Below are positions 1-13,954 of a stretch of DNA of 64,000 nucleotides, piece after piece (position 1 is the first letter of the stretch; each line of letters begins with the position of its first letter). A program made the translations under genes and the position numbers. Source of the stretch: Podarcis cretensis (taxonomy: Eukaryota); the NCBI GenBank assembly GCA_951804945.1, contig OX638153.1, positions 45,198,001-45,262,000 on the forward strand. The letters run 5' to 3'. The notes beneath the pieces are model-generated. The model was not told the origin of the DNA and did no database searches. It worked only from the letters and a program-made list of their open reading frames with translations.

Positions 1-1818
1 ACTGTCTTTCAGTAACCTTTTGAACCTGGATTGGCTAGGGACCCCATGAGGTAGAGGGGGTAAATGACTGAAGTAATAGAAATGAAGCCTTGTCAAAAGT
101 GTCAAAATATGCAGCTTGAAAAGGCAAGCTAAGGTCCAAACTAGATACTATATGTACGCACATGGATCCTTCTTCAAACAGCCCCTTTTAAACTAGCTTT
201 GGGAGGGGGAGATTAGGAACAGAAAAGCAACGCACTAGGGTTGTCCCCCCTCCCCAAAACTGGTCCCCTGCCAGGACTCTCCTCCCCACAGATTTCCACA
301 TGTGTGTGTGCACTTTTGGGGGGAGTATCAGCAGAACATTTTGAATTTTTGTGTGTGAAACATCTTGTTTGGCCTTAAGGTAGCTACAATGTCATCCTGA
401 ATATATTTGGGAACAGCGCTTCCTTTAGGTTTTTAATTCAAGGACATCCACAGCTTCTATTTCGGTTATTCTGCTTCATTGCCAATTGTACTGTATATGT
501 GAAGTTTCTGTTACATCTTTGTATTATATTTTTATTTGCAGTGTTTTTATCTTTTCAGGGAATATTTTGTTTTCCTTTATTGTATTTTTGTTTTTAGCCT
601 TCATCTGTAACGTTTTATTTTGAGATTTTGTGTGGAGTGTATGAGGTGCTATGGGAGAGGCAGTATCTCTGCTGGGGGACACGTCATGCTCCTTGTCTGC
701 CAGAAGTCTTCCCCCTGCACTGAGCTCTTGTCTGTGGCTCCTAGAAGCTGTTGGCTTGCGACAGTGGCCACACCCCAGAAATGGCTTTGACTGGCCAGCT
801 AAACCAGGTGAAGGTAGCCAATGGATCTCAAAACCCCTGCATGCAAAGGCGGATTGAGCAGACGTGGGTCCAGCTGTCAAGAAGACAGTTTCTACACATG
901 CTGTAGAGAGAAATGAGGGGCAGATGGGAAAGCAGATATACTCATTTGTGAGAAAGGCTTTGGCAGTAAACCCTGAGGAGCAATCCATACCCACTGCCTT
1001 ACAGGACATCTTCAGGGAGAAAAAGTTAAGAATTAAACCCTACACAAATGCGTAGTGGAGTCCCTAAGGTGATTGGATGGTGTCTTGAATACCTCCTTCC
1101 AGCAACTCCTGCAGCCAAGCTGGTGCCAAATGTGTTGCTTTCCTTTCCTTCGGACCACATCAGTGTGGCCCAAAGGGGAGTCTTGTTATCCGGGCAACCC
1201 AAGACCTCCATTCACACTGCCAGGCTTGTGCCTTGTGAGAGGTCACTTTGGTGCTTCAGATGCAGCAAAATCCATTTGACGTTTTAAGATAGGTTGCAAA
1301 GTGCTTAGAATTTTTAAAATCTTTTTTGGAACTGCAAACTGGCATAAAAATCATTTCAATAAATAAATAGACTAAACAAAAAAAAAAGGTTGCAGAATGC
1401 CACTTAGAGCCTGTTTAGATCATTACGATGTGGTGTATCCTTACCTTGACTTGTAAAAGCTGTTTCTATTTCCTGTATTAGTAGTTTTACTAATCACATA
1501 ATATAAAATCTGTAGAATTTGGCATTCACTTCTCAAAAGATAATATCTGATTGTGTCCGTCCATGAGTGGATGACTTCTGCTCATGCAATGGGACTTGCC
1601 TTCCTCTCACCCCCCTTGCAGCCTTCATATCCCCCCAAAATTTGATTCAGAAGGGGTCTCAGCCCTCTTGAACAGTTTTGGAACATGTGTGGGATGCTAT
1701 AGGAGAGAAAAGAGGCAAGGAGTTCCCGCTGCAGAAACCAAAATCTGTTCACGTGATGTTGGATATCACCCCTTATCTAATTCTCATTTTATTGAGACAG
1801 GAATACATATGTCTGATT

Positions 1819-1890
1819 CATAGAATTGTAGAGTTGGAAGAGATTCCAAGAGTCATCTAGCCCAACCCCGCACAGTGCAGGAATCTCCTG
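1819..1890 (-). mobile_element. CR1-type 3' tail fragment
   Basis: CATAGAATTGTAGAGTTGGAAG...GTCATCTAGCCCAACCCC is the reverse complement of the tail at 12445-12500. Confidence 0.65.
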
Positions 1891-4800
1891 CACACAGTCC
1901 CCCATCCAGTTTGAAACCACACTGGACCCTGCTTAGCTTTGCAAATGTGCTCCAAGACTCCTGTTCCTCTCTCTTCTCCATCTTCCTCTCTCCACTGGCC
2001 AAGATTACTGGCTTTGGGAATCCCAGTCACCCTAGTCTTTCTTTCTTGTACTAATCTTTTCCTTCCCACAAGTGCATACGTAATTTTATTTTTATACCCC
2101 CTTTCTATAGTTCAGACATGCTCAAGGCAGCTTGCAACATGAAGGAAATTACATAATTACAAGCATAACTAAATTAGTCATAAACAATAAATAAAACATC
2201 AAAAGTAAACAACCAAATTAAACAATTTTCACATAAACCGTAAGATCTCAAATAAAGATACAAAAATTAATATCAATGGCAGTAACAACCCATCCCCCTC
2301 AACAGAACTCCCTAAACAATACCCCAGCCTGTTCATCAGGCTCAGCTTTTGTAGATGGAGTCAGTCAGGGCCCCACCCTCCCAGGTCAGGTGGAAAAGGC
2401 CTGAAAGGCAGGAAGCAGGTCTTCCAGGATTCCAAATTCTCTGAAAAAAATGGATCTTAGGAGTGTAATAAACAATTCTTTGTTCCAGATCACTATGTCT
2501 GTTTGTTTTGGATTATTTATAAATCTCTAAACACTACAAAATACCGCAGTGGTGTACAATAAAAAATACAACATATCAATGGATATCTTTGCACAAAGAA
2601 GGGTTGAGCTGAAAAGTTGTTCACCCTGAATGCCATGTAGAAAGAGATACTTCTGGGTGAGCAGAAGGCTTGAAACCTAAGTCTCCTAGAAATGAAGATA
2701 AAGGGGAGGAGGAGAGGGGAGAATGACAAGATCAAAAATGACTGGGTGGAGGTGGCAGGCAAATCCTTAGAAGGCTTACTGTCATTCATTGCTCAGCCTG
2801 TCCTTATAATGCTCCTGACCTAAGGAATTATCCCTCGGTAGGGCAGCCTTCAGCGCTAGTTTAAATAATCAGCAGTAAATAGCCTGGTCAATACAAATGT
2901 AGAGCTGTATCCAAGGTATCTTAAGCATGTTGCCTGTTCAAAGCTTTTTCTGTTTTCTGTTTTCATGCTGTGTTTACACTGAGTACGGAATAATGAGGGT
3001 GAATATAACTTTACTCTTAGTGACTCTCTGGCAGACAGTATAAATCTGTGCATTAGAGTGTAAATCCCGTTGGGGCATGTAGGGCCTTCTGATCTGTAGT
3101 ATCCAGTCACATGAGACCAATTGGATGTCAGAGGCTGTTGTTTTATCTCTTTCTCCTCCCCCTCTTAACCACTGTCTGGAAACTTCATATTTCCTTTATC
3201 ATACTTCCCTTTAAAATTAGATTATAACCATCTCCCAAATACAAATCCTGCCTTCTCTTTTCTCAGTTTTCATCAGCTCGTGTTAGTGTCATAGTAGCTC
3301 ATCTACTAGGCACTGAGAGAGCACATTTGTGGCTTGGTGATGGCTTTTGCTCATCTTATGGAAGAGCCCAACTCAGCATTCAGTATACTAGCAACCAGCT
3401 GGGAATGAAATGATCTGGATTTTGGTTGAATACAATACCATTCAGGAGGACAGTTCATGGCATCTGGTTTATAATAAAACGCTGGAATATATGGAACTGC
3501 AGTTAATATAAAGTGACACATATTACCTCAATATTCAGGAGTGTTCAGTAACAAATGTCTAGCTAACATAAGCTAGATGACCAGCTATCAAGTGGATTTT
3601 TCAATTTTCTCTGTTTTTAAAAAGTGTAGGGGTATTTCACCACCCCTTACACCAGTGAAGATTGGTAGTGTGTGATAAAAATTACCTCTATCAAGCCCCT
3701 TTCTTTCATTAACTACATTGTATGATGGTCATGTGTATTAATCCAGAGGATCTGCTGTATTTGAGTTGTATCCAACTAAGTTATACGCAGATTGTACCCA
3801 CTGAAATTAATTGACCTAAGTTGGTCATGTGTATTATTTTAATTTGGTCTACTTCGATTAAGACTAGCATTGGATTAAGACTAGCATTGGATGCAGGGCA
3901 GCCTCATGGGCTGCAGAATTCTAGTCAACTAGTGAGCGAGTATCCAAAGTGAGAAGTATTTTTTGATCCAGCTTTTGTCCAGAACAGTTTCATCTTTGTC
4001 TCCCGCATGTTCAATTCAGAGCCCATATATGTAGGGTGCAGTCTGGGGGCTAGAGAAAGGGACTGCAAATGCCTCTGGGAAGTCCCATATTTACTCAATC
4101 TAGGAGGGAAATCAGTCCTTTCATCACCCAGTAATATATATTTGTGGATTTTCTGGTATCCTAAGGGATAGTGTAGAAGCTAAAATAAACTTCCAGTTGA
4201 GAAAGAGAACAGGTAGTTAGTGATGGATTGAGCTGGGGGCCAGTTGCACTGACCATTTGGAGAAGTCACACTTCCTTTTCTCCCATTTCGATTACCGTTG
4301 TTCAAAGAGAAGTAGCCTACATCACCAGGGATTTGAGAGTTTTTAGATATGCAAAGATCTAGATATTGTTGAGTATTATTTTGATTGAGGTATTATCATG
4401 GGACTACATGGGGGCATATAGTACACTCGATACAATCCAGGATCTAATGCAAAATATTTCTAGAACTGAAAGATTATCCAGGGGCAGAGGCATTCAGAGG
4501 GAAGCAGTGATGTATTTCTATTTTTGACACCAGACAAAAGAGCACAAAGCACACGCAGATTCTCACTGCTTATGATTCTTGTTTGGGCAGTGTCCCTATT
4601 CCACCTAAGTTCTTTCCAGAGTTTAAGCCTCTTGACCTCAAATGAAGACTGATCCTTCAGGGCAAAATTTCATACATGCATACTTGCACACACGTATACA
4701 CACATAGTGAGAGCTACATTATTCTGGAGTTCTTTAGGTTTTTCATTATTACTTGGGAGTCTTTAACCACTTAATCAGATTGAACCAAGTGCCTTGCTAG

Positions 4801-4906
4801 ATATTTGTGCATGACTCATCACTGGACTTCAACAGCTGTTACCGGAACATGTCCATCTGCTTCACTAATGTCTATTATTTCCTTCTTTTTTGTGTGTGTC
4901 TGTTAG

Positions 4907-5059
<153 letters not shown>

Positions 5060-6744
5060 TAGACGTAACTTCAGTACCTCCTCCTTAACTAAGTTTTTGG
5101 TTTTCGTTCTAAGTAGAACAAATTACTTGATTGTCTCAGAATCATGTTTACAGCAGGTTTCTGGTTGGAGAGACTTTGATTCCATCCCTGCATACGACAA
5201 AGCAGCTCTGTTTTGCTTGCTGTGATGCAGCTGCTTCAAAGACCATATGGGAACTCCAGTGCAGATAGCAGTTTCATTGCAGCTAAGGGCTTCCACATTC
5301 TCAACTGTAAATGGAATAAAACATCGTGTAATGTTCTGATGGGACATGAAGCTCCACTGGCAGAGAGATGGTCCATAGATTACTATGGCGTGGGTTACTT
5401 TGCCTCCTCCTTTCTGGTGGCGGCTACCTGTTGCATACATGGATAGCCTGCCAGCACAGATACAATACCATAGAGCAACATCCATGTCCATGCAAGCATT
5501 TGATTAGACACTAATGCTCCAGATCAACAGTTGGCAGGTTTCTTCAAAAAAAAATTGTTTAACGAAATGGCCTGGCATGTAGACAATAGTCCCCTTGGTT
5601 TTAAATCTCTTAGCAATGAAGTCTCTTTTTGCCTGACAACAAACATAGGCAACTAATTATGTTATCCTTAACTAGATTTAAGAATTATAACATATTGGCC
5701 ATTTCTGTGTGCTACTAAAATGCTAGTGAGCTGTTTGCAAGCAGCACTGTTAATTGTTTTATCACTAATGAGTGCCACTGCATTAGCATATAAAATAAAA
5801 TTGATCTTTATAGGGTGCCAGCTGTATATGTTTGTCGATAGGGTGTCATTAAAGTGATTAATTGCTACGGAGTACTCCATTGTAAATCTTAATAAAACTA
5901 AAGAAACACACATTCCCTGCAGCAGGCATTCTAAACAAGACACTTTGCTGGATCATCTACAGGGGTTTTTTTCTTATTAAAAAAAAACTTGCCTGAGAGC
6001 TTTTTGCTGTTTTACTTACAGCATGACTTTGCTGTCAGAGATTTGTAGACTGAGAAGCTTCTCATGGATTTTTTTGGTGTTTTTTTAAGTAATCAAGGGC
6101 TGCCATGTACATTTTGAAATTTTCCTTCTGATGGCTCTTTCCCTGTCTCCAGTCCTTCTGTTCTATGCATATAGTGAATGAAATAATGAAAAAAAAGAAA
6201 GGGAATATAATCAGATGTAATTCTAACTGCTTTAATTGTGTGTGTGTGAACCCTACATCTATATATTTAATATATCCATTGGGAAGATTTTTAGTCCAGT
6301 GAAGAGCCACCACTGGCATTCTTGGTTAAAAGACCTCAGGTAGTTGGCTTGTAAAGACTCTGTCGGAATTGGCACAAGTGATCTAGGTGGAATATTGGTT
6401 CAGCTCGTTATTAGATAGCTCTTTGTCCTATAACAGTGTAACATTTAAAACAGGAAAACCACTGACAGCAGAGAGAAAAATGCCTACTGGCACCTGAAGC
6501 TTTGGGGCCTTGTCGACATTTAGGTCTTAATGTATGCATTGCAATTCCATCTTGTTTTTTCTCCTTATTTTGGTACATTGCCCATGGCAAACTTTTGGTA
6601 GCTATTAAAAGTTATACATTTACTTGAGTGCTTTGCATCTTTTTCCATACCACTTCCAGCTGCCCTCATCTGTAGCATGAAGTGAGCTACTTCTGCCACT
6701 TTTCCTGTGAATATTTGCCCAGGCTGATTTAAGGGGGAAATACT

Positions 6745-6782
6745 GTTATAGGGAAGCACTACAGTTATAGGGAAGCACTACA
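6745..6782 (+). repeat. 19-bp tandem duplication GTTATAGGGAAGCACTACA x2
   Basis: Directly visible. Confidence 0.85.
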
Positions 6783-6834
6783 AACTACAGTGGGAAGTGC
6801 CACTGTGCACTGTAGTCAAGTGTAGACAATAGAG

Positions 6835-6943
6835 CAGGCATATGCAAACTCGGCTCTCCAGATGTTTTGGGACTACAGCTCCCATCATCCCTAGCTAACA
6901 GGACCAGTGGTCAGGGATGATGGGAGTTGTTTGCCTATGCCTG
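6835..6943. mobile_element. Palindromic hAT MITE, same family as 43278, internally deleted
   Basis: CAGGCATATGCAAAC...GTTTGCCTATGCCTG; TSD CAATAGAG / CATTAGAG. Confidence 0.88.
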
Positions 6944-7534
6944 CATTAGAGTGTCAAGCAAGGGATGGCTTCAAGACACTCCAGAGCCATGAAGCTCACC
7001 AGCTGACCTCCCCCAGCAAGCAATATGTATGTATTATTCAGTGTTTCATACACAGCATGTTTGGCGATCGCTTTCAGGCCCCTGAATAGCTCTTTAATGC
7101 TATTTTTTAAATTGTATATTGATAAAAGGACTAAGTCTGAGAAACGGGATCAAGTTGAGTTTTGTTTTTAAAGTACTTTGGACAGATGGAGGAAAGTATG
7201 CTAATGCCATAATTCCTGGTGCGATGGGGACATAATTCTGCAGGCCTGGAAAAGGAGCAAATTGTGCTGAACTTTTCATTCTCTGGAATCCTGGCAGGAG
7301 TCTGTCCTGTGCTGAGTGAACATTGTTAATGCTTTGCCAAAGCTGCTTACACTACTTAACCCTAGTATCTCACCTTGCATGTCTAGGCATTACCTTGGGT
7401 AGCAGCTCCATCCCATGAAGGCGAATAATCTTTCTGCATGTAGAAGGGTCAGGAAAAGCCATATTACTTAGCAGCCTCATTTGAAATCCTAAGGAAAGGA
7501 TGGCTTAAAAGGAGTAAGGAGTGTTAGGACTGAG

Positions 7535-7655
7535 ACAGGGATGGGGAACTTGTAGCCCTCCATATGACCACAGTTCCCATTTTCCCTGACCATTGGTCAT
7601 GATGGGTTGGACTGGTGGGAGTCGGACTCCCATCAGCATCTGAGAGTCACTGGTC
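7535..7655. mobile_element. Degraded palindromic hAT MITE; similar relics near 13566-13695, 38260-38330, 53050-53135 and 62790-62900
   Basis: CAGGGATGGGGAAC..CCCTCCA..ACAGTTCCCAT..CCCTGACCATTGGTCATG..TGGGAGT..CAGCATCTG pattern resembling 43278. Confidence 0.55.
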
Positions 7656-8103
7656 TAAGAGCGTCCACAAAACAGCATTTAATTTTAAACCCTAGTTGGT
7701 TTAAAATCAGCCCCATATGGTGATATTGTGTGGAATCAGCTCAGTTTTGATTTATTGCTTTGTGAGTTCCATTCCAGACATCCACAGGAAGGTTGGAAAT
7801 AGTTGACAATATCTGAATTTGGCCCTGAATTTTTCATAAATTCATTCTTTGTCAAAGTAGCCTTTAAAAGGGTCTGTCCTTAGCCATGGTTTTCATACTG
7901 TGGTGCTGGTGCAGTCTATTAAAATTTTCATACAACATTTCCCCTTTCCTTTGAGTTTTAGTTAGATGCACCATAACTTAGATGCACTGTACGAAGGTCA
8001 TAAGGGCCATCAGCTTCAAAGCTGGTACAAACGGCCAGAACAGGCATATGGTAACGGATTCTCAGGACTCTTAAGAATGCCGCTGGAAGGGTTGTTCGCT
8101 TTA

Positions 8104-8290
8104 GGCTGTAGCTCAGTGGCAGGGCATGTGTTCTGCATACAGAAGGCCCCAGGTTCAATTCCTGGTGTCTGCAGTTGAAAGGATCAAGGAGCAGGTGAGA
8201 AAAAACACCCTTCTTTTCCAAAGAGCTGCTGCCAGTTGGAGTCAACAGCATGGGGCAAGGGGAACCTGGTATAAGACAACTTCCCATGTT
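8104..8290 (+). mobile_element. tRNA-derived SINE (squamate type)
   Basis: GGCTGTAGCTCAGTGG A box and GGTTCAATTCC B box; tail ATAAGACAACTTCCCATGTT. Confidence 0.75.
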
Positions 8291-8368
8291 ACTTGGCCTG
8301 GTTCCAAGCAGAAGGAGGCTGGCTTAGAACCTACCATGTCTTTCTATGCTCAGGGACTTCAGCACCAC

Positions 8369-8599
8369 CATAGAAGAGCCTTCTGGATCAGGCTAAGGGA
8401 CCATCTAGTCCTGCATCCTGTTTTCACAGTGACCACCCAAATGCCTGTGGGAAACACTCAAGCAGGACCTGAGCACAAGAGCACTCCCCCTCTCCTGTGG
8501 TTTCCAGCAGCTGCTCTTCAGAAGCATTGCTACCTCCAACCGTGAAGGTCGGGGATAGCTCTCGTGGCTAGGAGCCATTAGTAGCTCTTTGTTCTCATG
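8369..8599 (-). mobile_element. CR1-like LINE 3' fragment; related pieces at about 14004-14162 and 32484-32685
   Basis: CATAGAAGAGCCTTCTGGATCAGG..CCATCTAGTCC..GCCTGTGGGA..AAGCAGGACC motif repeated elsewhere in the window. Confidence 0.6.
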
Positions 8600-8760
8600 C
8601 AGCATGCAACATGGGTCTGGATTCAAGCCTTCCGATATTACGCATTATGAATTGTTCCAAGAGAACATAGAGAACATAGTTAACTTGGAACACCATGCTA
8701 GTGGCCTTCAAAGTATTTGCACTAGTGTGAAACCTTGAGATTTCCTGGCCTCAGTCTTGA

Positions 8761-9036
<276 letters not shown>

Positions 9037-11361
9037 TAAAACAACAGGGGGTTGGGCTTTACAAGGAGATCTGCATGGATTCTGACATCGTGCTTTGCAA
9101 CTGCAACATTTGCTTGAGGAAGCTGCAGCCTTGCACAATGTGTGTTGAAGGAGGAGGCGGGTATTTAAAATCCCCGGCTGTTTTTCTTTCACCAGAGAAA
9201 AATATCATTTATGCAATTTGCAGAATTCAGCTAAAACATCTGCTTGCTTTTAGCACACAGTCCACAGAAGCCCTGCTTGTGAGGGGCTCAGAGCTCCTGA
9301 GTTCAACTGTTCCAGTACAATGCAAAACAAGGAGCACAGCCTCATGAGCCGATAAGACTAGAGATGCTCAATTGCAAACTAGCTGATGTTCTGTGAGCTA
9401 TGGCCACTCTCCAGTAGTTGCTGTTGGGAGACTCAGTACTCTTGGTTCACCCCACCTCCATGAACACTCAGTGTAAATTTGGCTAATTAATAGGCATTTG
9501 TGCATATTTTTCTCCAACTTCTTCTACACCAGGCCCCGAGTTGTACTTTAATGAGTAATTGCAATCAAAGATAGGTGTGCTTCTTCCATTCCATCTGTTC
9601 AGAAATATGGCAGTCAAGAAAGGGAGAGAGAGAGAGAGAAAACTATCCCAGCAGAATCCGCATTATTTTATTCCATTCACCTACTTTCCGACATGAAGGC
9701 ATGATTACGTCTGGTTCTTTGGCTTTCTCTCCATTTTCTGAAAAGAAGACTCCTATCTTGATGTAGAAGTCGGTTAGTTGAGCCCAGGCGGTGACATTGA
9801 ATTGGAATGACATTGTGGATAATGACCTGCTGATTGCACTGCAGCTGTCCCTCTTTATCAGAAGAGCCTTATTAAACCTTTGCTTCCAAACCATGACAGT
9901 TGTCTTAGTCATGCCCAATTAAATAGCCATTCAGCAAGAGCGCAGAAGGAAAGGGTGGGGGGGAGGCTATAGCAAACAAGTTGCTCTTATAATAAATAAG
10001 GCTCAGAGGGGTTTTGTTGTTGTTGTTCTACCAAAGATGATCATAATCAGATTTCCTTAACATGACTTCCTCTTTTAGGTCAGAGGCTTAAATGTGGCTA
10101 GAACCCAGCACTTTAGTTACTACTGTGGGTGCGGAAGATCTGCACTCTAGTACTTTTGATAAGCTATGTTACTTATTTGCAGTGGACATTCGTTCCTTGC
10201 CCGCTAGAGTTCCCTCCTTCCAGTTTGAGAATTTGGCATTACACTAGTGTTGCATTCCCTTTATGGATTCATATAGCAATGTCTGTTCATTTTAATTACA
10301 TCTGAAGTGCATTGGCAAATAGTTAATGGACTTTAAAAAAAATATGCCGTAGCTGCTTGTATTCTAAAGGCAGATTCAAATAATGCCCTTATACACGCTG
10401 CATTACATGGTTCATGTTTGACCTTCAACTAAGTTGGCAGTAGGACTCTGTCCTAAGAATCCAGCTCTTAGATTTAAAACCTAACAGTAGGGAAGGAGAA
10501 AGGCACAAATCATGATGTTCTCTGATACCCTCTTGCTCATGTAAAAATATCAGTATACCTGGATGGGTTTCTGGTATGTTGTCCCCTCTTTCCCCCGACC
10601 CAATTTTGCATTACAGTAAATGAAATTCCAGGTCAGTTGACATGAGGCACTTGTCAAGTGCTTAGGGCAAGGTGCCAGCATTTAAAAATATATAATGAGT
10701 AACAGGTAATGAGTAATGGGGGCTTGCTGATAATAGCTATCATTTGTATATTCATGGTATGCATTTGTGAATTCTTGCAGTCTAAAATAAGAGCTATTGT
10801 CCATATCACCTTTAAAGGCAGATCAGGACAGTATTATTACTATGCCACTGGAACAGGCTTTGCACACCTTGTGACCCTATGAACTAAAAGTAGCTCACTA
10901 GCCACTACAGAAACTTCCATTTAAGACAATTAATACCATAAAAAGTCAAAATCGTTGAAATAACAGGATAGTGCAGGTAGGCTTTCTGTTCTTTGCATTC
11001 AGAAGGAGTTATTTTCTTGGGTATAGAGCATTTCAGTGCTGGTCAGGGAGGTGAATGATACCTGGGCCCCACAATTCAATTTTGAGGGCTACATTAAAAA
11101 CGTACCACAAATATAAAGCTGCTCCAGTTTGGCCATGTTGCAAACTCGCTGCCTATTTATTAAGCCTGCTGGTATGGTAGCCCAGCATTAATTGGGCATG
11201 TGGCAGATAGTAAGACGCATGAAGCAAGTGGTAAAACTTGCAAAGCCCCTCTCCTTGGCTCCGACCAGTGTGCTAGTATCATTTCCTCCCATTTTTCAGG
11301 TGCCGCATTTCAGCAGCACTAACACGGGGATATAACACAGGAGAGAATCAGTGCAGCATGA

Positions 11362-11835
<474 letters not shown>

Positions 11836-12082
11836 TAATCATATGCATTTTTACCTTTGGGATAGTTGAGAGTTATAGCTAATCTGCTCATCTGTCTTTT
11901 GCACATTATATATGTTAAGTGATGGAACTTAAGCAGGTTGGTTTAATGCTTGCCAGTAAATTACAGTTAGCAGCCCAACGTTGCAGAATGTAACACACCT
12001 ACAATACTTTTTGCTTTATTTGCTCTAGTCATTTGGTCTTGTTGGCACAAGACTTGCTTACATCAATGGCTTATTTGAAATA

Positions 12083-12302
12083 CAGTGGTACCTTGGGTTA
12101 CATACGCTTCAGGTTACAGCTAACCCAGAAATATTACCTCGGGTTAAGAACTTTGCTTCAGGATGAGAACAGAAATCGTGCTCCAGTGGCGTGGCAGCAG
12201 CAGAAGGCCCCATTAGCTAAAGTGGTGCTTCAGGTTAAGAACAGTTTCAGGTTAAGAATGGACCTCCAGAACAAATTAAGTACTTAACCCGAGGTACCAC
12301 TG
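12083..12302 (+). mobile_element. Tigger/pogo-like MITE (orientation arbitrary)
   Basis: TA|CAGTGGTACCTTGGGTTA...TAACCCGAGGTACCACTG|TA. Confidence 0.9.
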
Positions 12303-12375
12303 TAGTGCATTTTGAGGAACTGGGTTGGAGTCTTTCATCCAGGTTCTCCTCATCCTTGCTCTTTTGAAATAACAA

Positions 12376-12502
12376 CATGAGACTCTTAATCTCAGGGTTG
12401 TGGGTTTGAACCCCATGTTGTGGGGAAAACTCCTGCCTTGTAGGGGGTTGGACTAGATGGCCCATGTGGTCCCTTCCGTCTCTACAATTCTGTGATTCTG
12501 TG
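12376..12502 (+). mobile_element. tRNA-Lys(CTT)-derived SINE with a CR1-like tail, 5'-truncated
   Basis: CATGAGACTCTTAATCTCAGGGTTGTGGGTTTGAACCCC resembles the 3' half of tRNA-Lys; GGTTGGACTAGATG...GGTCCCTTCC...ATTCTGTGATTCT is a CR1-type 3' end. Confidence 0.8.
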
Positions 12503-13783
12503 TGTCATAAAGTAATGCCCAGACTAGCCCAACACAAGCACAGTTTCCCAGACATGTTCAGGGCAAAGGTCACCTAGGTGACCAAAAAAACTGTGCATTA
12601 AATTCTGCCTGAGGAAGTCTCAGTCAACAGTTGTTCTTTTGTTCCTAATTCAGTCATGAGTTCTAGATTCCTGCCCCACCCCCAAAAATGGCTGATTTCT
12701 CTCCCAAAGGCTGAGGAATCTGCTTCTGTCCTGCTGCTTTTATCCTATACTGCTGTGGTTCTGCAGCTATCTTTATTATCCCTATTCCATGCAAAATGAA
12801 CATATGGATAAGTAGCAAATGGACTCTTAGCATAATGTTCATTGTACAGCGTTTAATAACCTAGGAAAGCACCTTGGACACAAAGTATGTTGGTGCTAAA
12901 ATGTAATGCTTCCAGAGTGGTATATTCTACTATTTGGATATTTATTTACCATAGTGAAGAGTTCAAGAAATCTGTAAGAAGTGCTTTTGAGGTTGAGAGA
13001 TCTCAGGCAGCATTTAAAAACCAGCAGCAGGTATGCAATGCTCTCATTTAAAAATTTACACAGCAGGCTGTTAGGCCAAAACTGATAATTGTTTTCCTAG
13101 TGCTAGTTTCAATGGCCTCATCCCCAGTATTTTGCCTCTGAGACATTGTCATACCAGGGGCTCGTCTCAAGTGCAATGGTGTGCCATTGTGCCACTGATC
13201 TCGTTCAGGACATCAAACGCCAAGACAGGGCTTACACTGGTCTGGAAAGTGGTAATATATTTCTATTCTACTAATCAATTTCCAAAGTATGTTATTGAGT
13301 CAGCTGCGTTTGCTGGAGGAGGAAGAGACCCTTTTCTCCAGAGGAAGATGAAAATGGTTGACAAATTATTGGGCATTTTCCATGAAATAAATTATCTCTT
13401 TCCAGCATCTGCTTGTAGCCTTGTCTGTTCCTTTGCTGCTATCAGTATTTGTGCTGACTCACATACTCTCCAGCCTCATGCAGACCTAGAACTCATCCCA
13501 CTAGGACAGCATTCTTTGCTAGGATGAGCGATCCCCCCCACAAAAACCGTTCATAGACTCAGTTCAGTGGTGAAGAACCTATGCCCCTCGAGAGGCAGTT
13601 GGAATCTAACTCCAATCAGTCTCGGTCAGCATAACCCATGGTCAGATGGGTGTTGCAATCCAGCAATATCTTGAGGGCTGCTGCTTCCCCTCTCTTGTAG
13701 AGGCCAGAGGATGCTACATTACGGGAGTAAGCCAGGAAAGTGGTGGAAATGCTCTGCTTATGTCCCGCTGTTGGTAATAGTAG

Positions 13784-13954
<171 letters not shown>

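Noticed and set aside
3856-3892. Short tandem duplication GATTAAGACTAGCATTG x2
   Set aside because: Ordinary slippage at the end of an old palindromic repeat relic.
1-4906. Possible RIBEYE A-domain exon or the CTBP2 'RPQIMNGP...EIHEK' exon; ORFs 524-1287
   Set aside because: No matching translation found; the short ORFs have no recognisable homology, so the region is treated as intron.
8104-8172. tRNA gene
   Set aside because: Degenerate cloverleaf continuing into a SINE body.
12376-12420. tRNA-Lys gene
   Set aside because: The 5' half is missing, the T-arm is mutated and it is fused to a CR1-like tail, so it is a SINE.
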